Positions 56,620 through 64,000 of a stretch of DNA of 64,000 bases are shown piece by piece. The stretch spans positions 159,207 through 223,206 of the forward strand of contig JAUXSB010000003.1 of NCBI GenBank assembly GCA_030681595.1, read 5' to 3'. The notes below the pieces were generated by a model, which did no database searches, was not told the DNA's origin, and worked only from the letters and a program-made list of their open reading frames with translations. Both the position numbers and the translations under genes were made by a program. Origin of the DNA: Candidatus Omnitrophota bacterium (GTDB lineage: Bacteria; Omnitrophota; Gorgyraeia; Ghiorseimicrobiales; Ghiorseimicrobiaceae). Each line of letters starts with the position of its first letter. Within the stretch, counting starts at the first letter, position 1.

Positions 56620-57885
56620 TTATAATGAAAACACTCCGGTTATCTTTTTTTTATCTTTATCCAAAACCGGCCCGATCAGAGCTAAATTCATTTTCTCGTC
56701 GCTAAAGATCATTTCGGCAATTCGTAGCAAGTCCTCTATCTTTACTTTGTTTAATTCCCGTATTATTTCTTCCTGTGTTTTTACCTTATCTAAAGAAACG
56801 GTCTGTTCTCCCATATAGAGCATTTCTTCCATTGTCTGCTCAAGGCCAAACGTCAGCTGGCCTAAATAAAAATCTTTTGCGCGCCTGAATTCAGAAATAC
56901 TTACTTTTTTGGCTTTAATCCTGCTCAACTCGCCAAGTATAACTTTTATCGCATCCAAGATCCGCCTGTTATCCACGCCGGCATGCACGATAAATGCGCC
57001 GGTATCCGTAAGAGACTTCACTTGTGTGCCGATTTCATAAGCTAATCCTCTTTTTTCCCGCAGCTCATCAAACAGGCGGCTGGACATATTTGCCCCTAAG
57101 ATAATATGCAAAAGCATAAGCGCATGCCGGTCGGGATGACCCCTTTTTAAACTATGAAACCCCAAAGCCAAATGTGCCTGCTCGGTCTTCTTATAAAAAA
57201 TGTTATGTGCTTTTTTAAAATCGGTTTTAAAAGGAATAAACGTATTCTTATCGGAGCGGGGCAATTTTGCCAAGTTTTTTTTTGCAATCTCAAGCAGCCT
57301 GTTATGCGTAATATCTCCGGCAGAAGTTAAGACTAAATTCTCTGCTGAATAAAACCTGTCTTTAAAAGATAACAAACCTGCGCGTGAAAGTTTTTTTATT
57401 GTATCAGGCGTACCGGCTAGATTCATCCCTAGAGGGTGCCCCGGCCAAATAAGTGCATCCAGAAGTTCATAGACATAGCTCTGCGGCTGATCGCGGTACA
57501 TGCGGATTTCCTCCAATATTACGCAGCGTTCTTTTTCTAATTCTGTGCCGTCAATTAACGGGTTAAGCGCCATATCGCAAATTATCTCAAGCGACCGCTC
57601 TAGATGTTTACTCAACACCTTAGCCAAGTAACATGTGCATTCTTCGGAGGTAAAACCGTTAAGAGAACCGCCAACACCTTCAATCATCTCTTTAATTTGC
57701 CTGCCGCTAAACCGCCTAGAGCCCTTAAAACACATATGCTCTAAAAAATGCGAAATACCATTATTCTCTTTATTCTCAAACCTTCCCCCGGCGCCAAACC
57801 AGATGCCGAAAGAAATAGATTTCATCTTCGGCATGTTAGCCGTAACCACTCTTACGCCGTTATCCAGTACTGTTTTTTTATACAT
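56620..57885 (-). CDS. M16-family zinc metallopeptidase (insulinase-like).
   Basis: Inverted zinc-binding motif HFLEHMCFKG. Confidence 0.85.
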   Translation of the reverse strand: MYKKTVLDNGVRVVTANMPKMKSISFGIWFGAGGRFENKENNGISHFLEHMCFKGSRRFSGRQIKEMIEGVGGSLNGFTSEECTCYLAKVLSKHLERSLEIICDMALNPLIDGTELEKERCVILEEIRMYRDQPQSYVYELLDALIWPGHPLGMNLAGTPDTIKKLSRAGLLSFKDRFYSAENLVLTSAGDITHNRLLEIAKKNLAKLPRSDKNTFIPFKTDFKKAHNIFYKKTEQAHLALGFHSLKRGHPDRHALMLLHIILGANMSSRLFDELREKRGLAYEIGTQVKSLTDTGAFIVHAGVDNRRILDAIKVILGELSRIKAKKVSISEFRRAKDFYLGQLTFGLEQTMEEMLYMGEQTVSLDKVKTQEEIIRELNKVKIEDLLRIAEMIFSDEKMNLALIGPVLDKDKKKITGVFSL

Positions 57886-58678
57886 TCCTCAACTCTCCGG
57901 TTAAGCTGCGCACAAATATGCCAATATTTTTAATCAAATCTTCTTTATTTAAATTTTCGGCTATCTTATTCACAATCGCGCTTCCGACAATTACGCCGTC
58001 ACAAAAATTAGAAAGTTCCCTTACCTGTTGAGGCCGGGAAATCCCGAAACCAACGCATACCGGCTTGGTTGTATATCTTTTTATCAAACTAACTTTCGCC
58101 CTTAAATCATCTGCCAGTTCCTTACGCGCTCCGGTAATGCCGGCTAAAGAAACATAATAGATAAAGCTACTTGATGCTTTTGCTGCTAATTTTATGCGTT
58201 TTATACTGCTCATCGGTGAGACAAAAAATACGGTATCTATTTTCCCCCTGCGCATTACCTTGATAAGCCCTTTTGCTTCCTCAAGCGGTAAATCCGGGAC
58301 AATCACGCCGTCCACACCGGATCTTTCTATTTCGGATGCAAAACGTAAAAGCCCCATCCTGTATATCGGATTATAATAAGACATCAAACATAGAGGAATT
58401 CTCACATCTTTCCTGATACTTTTTATCAATTGGATTATTTTGGCAAGGGTGGTTCCATTTTTTAAAGCGCGATGGGAAGCCGCCTGTATTACCGGCCCGT
58501 CGGCTAAAGGGTCGGAAAACGGCACCCCTAGCTCAATAATATCCACGCCGCTTCTTTCTAATTCAAAAATTAATTCTTTGGTCACGGATAGACTTGGATC
58601 GCCGACAGTTATGTAAGCAATAAACGCACATCTGTTTTTTCTTTTAAGCTCTTTAAACTTTTGCGCAAGCCGTCTCAT
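57878..58678 (-). CDS. trpA: Tryptophan synthase alpha chain.
   Basis: TIM-barrel TrpA motifs (..[14 protein letters not shown]..). Confidence 0.9.
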   Translation of the reverse strand: MRRLAQKFKELKRKNRCAFIAYITVGDPSLSVTKELIFELERSGVDIIELGVPFSDPLADGPVIQAASHRALKNGTTLAKIIQLIKSIRKDVRIPLCLMSYYNPIYRMGLLRFASEIERSGVDGVIVPDLPLEEAKGLIKVMRRGKIDTVFFVSPMSSIKRIKLAAKASSSFIYYVSLAGITGARKELADDLRAKVSLIKRYTTKPVCVGFGISRPQQVRELSNFCDGVIVGSAIVNKIAENLNKEDLIKNIGIFVRSLTGELRNV

Positions 58679-59874
58679 AGTTCCATCCCCTTTGCCTGGA
58701 CGACAGTATTGATATCCTTATCTCCCCTGCCGGAAAGGCAGACCACCACCAAATCGCCTTTTTTAAATTTTCCGCCGATTTTTACCGTATGGGCAACCGC
58801 GTGGGAAGACTCTAAGGCAGGGATTATTCCCTCTGTTTTACACAATAAATCAAATGCCAAAAGCGCCTCTTTATCCGTAACTGCCGCATACTCGGCACGC
58901 CCCGTTTCTTTAAATAAACTGTGTTCCGGGCCTACCCCGGGATAATCAAGCCCTGCGGATATAGAATGCGCGGTTTTAATTTGTCCGTCCTTATCCTGCA
59001 AGACATAACTTAGAGAACCGTGCAAGACGCCTTTTGAGCCGCGGCATAAGGTTGCGGCATGTTTACCGCTGTCAAGCCCCAAACCAGCAGCCTCAACACC
59101 GATAAATTTTACCCTATCTTTTAAAAACGGATAAAATAATCCCATGGCATTGCTTCCGCCTCCCACGCAAGCAATAAGACAATCCGGTAGGCGCCCTTCT
59201 TTTCTAAGGATTTGCCTTTTTGTTTCTATGCCGATAACCGATTGAAAATCACGCACCATCGCGGGATAGGGGTGCGGGCCGGCGGTTGAACCGATTAGAT
59301 AATAAGTATCGCGCACATTGGTTACCCAATCCCTGATTGCCTCGTTCATCGCGTCTTTCAAAGTCTTGCTGCCGCCAGAAACCGGAATAACTTTTGCGCC
59401 CAACAATTTCATCCGGAAAACATTCAATGACTGCCGCTTTATATCTTCTTCCCCCATATAAATACAACATTCTAATTTAAAAAGGGCGCATACTGTGGCT
59501 ACTGCCACCCCATGTTGTCCGGCGCCGGTTTCCGCGATAATACGGCTTTTCTTCATATGCTTTGCCAGAATAATCTGGCCTAAGGTATTATTGATTTTAT
59601 GCGCGCCCGTATGTAAAAGGTCTTCGCGTTTTAAATAAATTTTTGCCCTGCTTATTTTTTTGCTTAAATTCTGCGCCAGATATAAAGGCGTAGGCCTGCC
59701 GGCAAACTCCAAAAGGTAATAATTCAACTCTTTCTTAAAACTTTTACTTTTCTTTATGTGCCGGTATTCAACCTCCAAGCCTTCCAGCATTGTCATCAAT
59801 GTTTCAGGTACGAATTTTCCGCCAAATTCCTTAAAATGCCCGTATTTATCGGGAAGCATAATTACCCCTCTCAT
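58675..59874 (-). CDS. trpB: Tryptophan synthase beta chain.
   Basis: PLP-lysine motif (HTGAHKINN) and GGGSNA. Confidence 0.9.
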   Translation of the reverse strand: MRGVIMLPDKYGHFKEFGGKFVPETLMTMLEGLEVEYRHIKKSKSFKKELNYYLLEFAGRPTPLYLAQNLSKKISRAKIYLKREDLLHTGAHKINNTLGQIILAKHMKKSRIIAETGAGQHGVAVATVCALFKLECCIYMGEEDIKRQSLNVFRMKLLGAKVIPVSGGSKTLKDAMNEAIRDWVTNVRDTYYLIGSTAGPHPYPAMVRDFQSVIGIETKRQILRKEGRLPDCLIACVGGGSNAMGLFYPFLKDRVKFIGVEAAGLGLDSGKHAATLCRGSKGVLHGSLSYVLQDKDGQIKTAHSISAGLDYPGVGPEHSLFKETGRAEYAAVTDKEALLAFDLLCKTEGIIPALESSHAVAHTVKIGGKFKKGDLVVVCLSGRGDKDINTVVQAKGMEL

Positions 59875-60629
59875 TCATAATTTATCATCGTCATCGTAAC
59901 CGGCCCTAAATAAAAAGGGCCGGATATCTTCACCGGAATAAATTTTTCCGATACCTCAAACCAGATTTTATGCCCCTTCGGAAAACTTTCTGCCATGTGC
60001 GCCTGATATACGCCAAAAGGAACTACCAGCTTTTCCTGTTTAGCAAACCTCATAATAAACTTAGCCATCGGTAAAGTAACCGGAAAATCCCTGCCCAGCT
60101 CAAAATTGCCGAGCTTACGGTAAAGAAAAGTTAATAAGATTACATTCTGTATCTTATCGTCCTGCTTAAGCTCTTTGGAACGGACCCGTTTCTTATTAAT
60201 CTGGGTAATTCTTACCGAATGATTAGCTTGGTCATACTCCTCTATGATACTCATCTTTCTGCCCCAATTATTGATATCCCGTTCTATCCTAAGAGGCAAA
60301 AAATTTTCCGTATCCGCATACATTATTTCCGTGTCCTTAAAATTTAAGGTATCGGTAGAAAAAAGTATCAGATACACATCTTTTCCTTCTAATTTTGTCC
60401 TGCCCTTGTAAGAAAGCGTAGCCCTGCCGATATTTATCCCGTTGAGCTTAATTTGATAGGTTATGGTTTCCCCTGCCTTAAAAGGCAACACTTCGTCCTG
60501 CGGGATAATGGCTTTATTTTGCCATACTTCAAGCGCCCCTTGCGAGACAGAATTGCCCGGAAAAAAATATATAGCCAGGAAAATAAATAACGACGAAGCA
60601 AGCACTATGATTAAAACCCTTATTTTCAT
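59871..60629 (-). CDS. Hypothetical secreted or membrane-anchored protein (possibly DUF3108-like) embedded in the trp operon. Its start overlaps the trpF stop and its stop overlaps the trpB start.
   Basis: N-terminal hydrophobic segment [23 protein letters not shown], then a beta-rich domain of about 230 aa. It has 4-bp overlaps with both neighbours. Confidence 0.5.
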   Translation of the reverse strand: MKIRVLIIVLASSLFIFLAIYFFPGNSVSQGALEVWQNKAIIPQDEVLPFKAGETITYQIKLNGINIGRATLSYKGRTKLEGKDVYLILFSTDTLNFKDTEIMYADTENFLPLRIERDINNWGRKMSIIEEYDQANHSVRITQINKKRVRSKELKQDDKIQNVILLTFLYRKLGNFELGRDFPVTLPMAKFIMRFAKQEKLVVPFGVYQAHMAESFPKGHKIWFEVSEKFIPVKISGPFYLGPVTMTMINYE

Positions 60630-61240
60630 TCTTTAGCCATCCTTATAAAATCCTTTATTTTTTGATGGTCTTTTTTACCCGGAGCTATTTCTAGCGAACT
60701 AGAGGCATCCACCCAATCAGGCCGCGCTGTTTTAACCGCCTCCTTGACATTATCTACCGTAAGCCCGCCGGAAAGAAATACGGGTTTCTTTATACAGTAT
60801 AAATGCCTTAACAGCTTCCAGTCAAATCTTTTTCCGCTGCCCCCCCTCTTTGAATCGCAAAAGGCATCAAAAAGGTAGGCAAAAGGGTTATAGTTTAAAA
60901 CGTGTTTTAATTCTACTTTATCCTTTATACTAATTACCTTGATTATTTTATAACCCTTAAACTTACGGCAAAAGCTTACAGATTCATCCCCGTGAAATTG
61001 CAATATATCAAACCCGCAGGAATTAGCAATTTTTTTTATTGTTTTCTCTCTGCTATTTACAAATACTCCAATCTTTGCAATATTTTCCGGCAGGCTCTTA
61101 ATTATATCTTTTACTTTCTCCGGCGCGATATAACGCGGGCTTTTTTTATAAAAAACAAAACCCAGCGCGTCGCAACCGGCATCTATCGATGCCTTTGCGT
61201 CTTCCAAATTAGTTATCCCGCAAATCTTGACTTTAACCAC
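60626..61240 (-). CDS. trpF: Phosphoribosylanthranilate isomerase.
   Basis: MVKVKICGITN N-terminus. Confidence 0.85.
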   Translation of the reverse strand: MVKVKICGITNLEDAKASIDAGCDALGFVFYKKSPRYIAPEKVKDIIKSLPENIAKIGVFVNSREKTIKKIANSCGFDILQFHGDESVSFCRKFKGYKIIKVISIKDKVELKHVLNYNPFAYLFDAFCDSKRGGSGKRFDWKLLRHLYCIKKPVFLSGGLTVDNVKEAVKTARPDWVDASSSLEIAPGKKDHQKIKDFIRMAKE

Positions 61241-62016
61241 TATCCAAATAATTCCTTAACTTTTGCGCCGATATCCTTACTTTTCATAAAAGTTTCACCG
61301 ATTAATACGGCATTTACTCCTAAATTTTTTAAGAATTCTACATCATTTTTTGTCCTAATCCCGCTTTCTGAAACGATAATTTTATTTTTAGGAATAAATT
61401 TAACCAAGCGTTTAGTCCGATTAATATCAACCTTAAAATTATGCAGGTCACGATTATTTATGCCGATAATCTCGGCTCGGGCGCCAAGCGCTTTTTTAAG
61501 GCTCGCCACGCAATCACACTCTACCAAACAATCCAATTTTAATTTGTTAGATAAATTTATAAATTTCTTTAACTTTTCAATCGGCAATATGGTAGAAATC
61601 AATAAAATCGCATCCGCCCCCCAAACGCGTGATTCGTAAATCTGGTATTCATCAACGATAAAATCTTTTCTTAAAATAGGTAAATTGACTTCTTTCTTGA
61701 TTCGCCCGATATAATCAAGTTTCCCGTGAAAAAAATCCTCCTCGGTCAAAACTGAAAGAGCAACCGCGCCGGATTTTTCATAAATCTTGGCAATTTTTAC
61801 CGGATTAAAATCGCGGCGGATTAATCCTTGCGAAGGAGACGCTCTTTTTATTTCCGCGATCAAAACAGGCCTTTCCTTTTTATTCAATGCCCGCCTAAAT
61901 GAACGCGCCTTCGGCGCCTTTTTTATCCGGGAAAGTAAACTTTCCAGAGGCAATTTTTGCTTAGCGAGTTTTATCGCCTTTTTCTTCTCTAAGATTATTT
62001 TATTTAGGATATTCAC
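61240..62016 (-). CDS. trpC: Indole-3-glycerol phosphate synthase.
   Basis: ..LIAEIKRASPSQG.. and ..IGINNRDL.. motifs. Confidence 0.9.
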   Translation of the reverse strand: MNILNKIILEKKKAIKLAKQKLPLESLLSRIKKAPKARSFRRALNKKERPVLIAEIKRASPSQGLIRRDFNPVKIAKIYEKSGAVALSVLTEEDFFHGKLDYIGRIKKEVNLPILRKDFIVDEYQIYESRVWGADAILLISTILPIEKLKKFINLSNKLKLDCLVECDCVASLKKALGARAEIIGINNRDLHNFKVDINRTKRLVKFIPKNKIIVSESGIRTKNDVEFLKNLGVNAVLIGETFMKSKDIGAKVKELFG

Positions 62017-63059
62017 TTATTTGACTGTTCTTTCAAGGCTTCAAATTTCTTAAAAGCATTTCCCGAAAATATAGACTCCCGCGCGATTTTTACCGCGTCT
62101 TTAAAATTATCGCTCACACCTACGGCGACAATGCCTAAAGCGGCATTTATCAATACCGCATCGGCCCTTGACGATTTTTCTCCATTCAAAATATTAAGGA
62201 TAATTTTTGCGTTTTCTTTAGCGTCTTTACCCGGCAGAAGCCCGGATAAATTACCTTCGCTTAATCCAAAATCCTGAGGCCTCAAATAATTAATCTGTAT
62301 TTGCCTTAAAGGATGGCTTATTTTTTTATCTATTAATTCTACGACTTTTGTCTTTCCCTCAATACTAAGCTCATCGAGCCCTTTTTCGCTATACAAAATA
62401 AAAGCCCGCCTCGACTCCAATTCACCTAAGGCCTTCGCCATAATCTCGGTCAATTTTTCTTCATAAACGCCGATAACCTGAACATCTGCCCCAGCCGGAT
62501 TACATAACGGCCCCAAAATATTAAAAATAGTGCGTGTTGCCAACTCCTTGCGCGCCTGTACCGCGTATTTCATTGCCGGATGATACATTGGCGCGAAAAG
62601 AAAACCAATGCCGATCTCCTTAATAATTTCCTCTACTCTCCTGGGAGGTGTTTCTAAATTTAAACCAAGCTCCTTTAAAACATCAGCGCTGCCGAATTGG
62701 CTTGAGACTGCCCTGTTCCCATGTTTAGCTACCTTTATGCCGCATCCGCCAATAACAAAAGCCGCGGCTGTGGAAATATTAAAAGTATGAAAACTTGAGC
62801 CGCCTGTGCCACAAGTATCCAAAACTATCTCATCGGGCGATACGCGCACGTTAACGCGTATCATTTTTTCGCGCATTGCCTCCGCGGCTCCGGCAATAAT
62901 CTCAGGCGTCTCCTTATCCTTAAGCGCCAAAAGGAATTTTTTCAAACCTTCGGTTTCGACCTTCCCGGACATAATATCACTAAAAACATATTTTATCTGA
63001 CTCCTTGAAGGCAAAACCCCTTTGGTTAAAGAACAGGTTATATCTAGTATTCTATCCAT
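62013..63059 (-). CDS. trpD: Anthranilate phosphoribosyltransferase.
   Basis: DTCGTGG motif and ..KHGNRAVSS... Confidence 0.9.
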   Translation of the reverse strand: MDRILDITCSLTKGVLPSRSQIKYVFSDIMSGKVETEGLKKFLLALKDKETPEIIAGAAEAMREKMIRVNVRVSPDEIVLDTCGTGGSSFHTFNISTAAAFVIGGCGIKVAKHGNRAVSSQFGSADVLKELGLNLETPPRRVEEIIKEIGIGFLFAPMYHPAMKYAVQARKELATRTIFNILGPLCNPAGADVQVIGVYEEKLTEIMAKALGELESRRAFILYSEKGLDELSIEGKTKVVELIDKKISHPLRQIQINYLRPQDFGLSEGNLSGLLPGKDAKENAKIILNILNGEKSSRADAVLINAALGIVAVGVSDNFKDAVKIARESIFSGNAFKKFEALKEQSNK

Positions 63060-63623
63060 TTATAACATTAAAAAATTCTTTAATATATGCTTGCCGGGTT
63101 TAGTTAAAATCGACTCGGGATGAAATTGCACGCCCCAGAGGGAAAAATCTTTATGCTTTAGGCCCATTATTTCATCTTCTTTAGTCTCTGCTGTAATTTC
63201 TAATACTTTCGGCAGGCTCTTCTTTTCAACCAATAAAGAGTGATAACGTGTAGCCTCAAAAGGGTTTTCGATATTTTTAAAAATGCCTTTGCCGTTATGA
63301 TAAATTAACGATGTTTTACCGTGCATCAGGCGGCTTGCCAGGATAACTTTGCCTCCAAAAACTTCTCCAATACACTGATGGCCAAGGCAGACGCCTAAAA
63401 TGGGGATTTTTCCGGCAAATTCCTTTATAACCATGCGGGAAATTCCGGCATCCGCGGGTGTTCCGGGCCCCGGAGAAATAACAATCTTTTTTGGCTTTAG
63501 CCTTTTAATCTGAGCAATCGTTACCTTATCATTACGAAACACCTTTAAAACTTGGCCTAATTCGCCCAAGTACTGCACGAGGTTATAAGTAAAAGAATCA
63601 TAATTATCGATCATTAGAATCAT
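63060..63623 (-). CDS. trpG: Anthranilate synthase component II / glutamine amidotransferase (TrpG or PabA type).
   Basis: Class I GATase triad (..GVCLGHQ.. and ..FHPE..). Confidence 0.8.
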   Translation of the reverse strand: MILMIDNYDSFTYNLVQYLGELGQVLKVFRNDKVTIAQIKRLKPKKIVISPGPGTPADAGISRMVIKEFAGKIPILGVCLGHQCIGEVFGGKVILASRLMHGKTSLIYHNGKGIFKNIENPFEATRYHSLLVEKKSLPKVLEITAETKEDEIMGLKHKDFSLWGVQFHPESILTKPGKHILKNFLML

Positions 63624-63666
63624 ATTTTTTCCTTTTTTAACTCACCAATTCCCTAACTCCTTAACT

Positions 63667-64000
<334 letters not shown>

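Overview
This 64 kb window is a dense, almost entirely minus-strand housekeeping region of a bacterial chromosome. Only rpmB and a tRNA-Leu lie on the plus strand. No integrase, transposase, CRISPR array, phage or obvious defence gene is visible.

The genome appears to be diderm, because Mla and Lol genes are present. It also carries Firmicute-like operons: radA-yacL-ispD-ispF-cysE-cysS and mcsA-mcsB-clpC. No ctsR is present.

Recognisable operons and genes, in window order:
- queE (partial), queC and queD
- murI and an N-acetylmuramoyl-L-alanine amidase
- a tmRNA (ssrA) next to smpB, and a tRNA-Leu(CAG)
- tatD, metG, ricT(yaaT), holB, tmk, cysS, cysE, ispF, ispD, yacL and radA
- mlaD, mlaF and mlaE
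- clpC, mcsB and mcsA
- a class IV aminotransferase
- lolD, lolC/E and lysS
- truA, asd, and leuB, leuD, leuC
- fabF, acpP, fabG, fabD, fabH, plsX and rpmF
- yceD, coaD, rsmD and recG
- a pilin-like, coiled-coil and yggT cluster
- an initiator-type tRNA-Met, ftsB and eno
- a UvrD-helicase/Cas4-like nuclease fusion
- rpmB (plus strand), recJ, argS and rsfS
- a small zinc-ribbon protein absent from the ORF track
- a CNNM/CorC-like transporter and an M16 peptidase
- trpA and trpB, a DUF3108-like gene embedded in the trp operon, then trpF, trpC, trpD and trpG
- the 3' part of murA

The most unusual signal is not a protein system. It is a set of recurring short structured repeats in the inter-cistronic spacers:
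- A modular hairpin element built around the perfect palindrome CCCGAAGCTTCGGG and an AAAATTTG...CAAATTTT stem. It occupies the 5' UTRs of mcsB, clpC and the small zinc-ribbon gene, and it abuts the tmRNA.
- Several families of 7-nt periodic (heptanucleotide) tandem repeats. Examples are the gcttcaa-type, ctggttac and cgtatag arrays, and AT-rich TTATAA arrays.
- Some of these heptamer arrays sit in-frame inside cysS, ispD and truA.

I treat these as a candidate undescribed family of cis-acting RNA elements or miniature mobile repeats.
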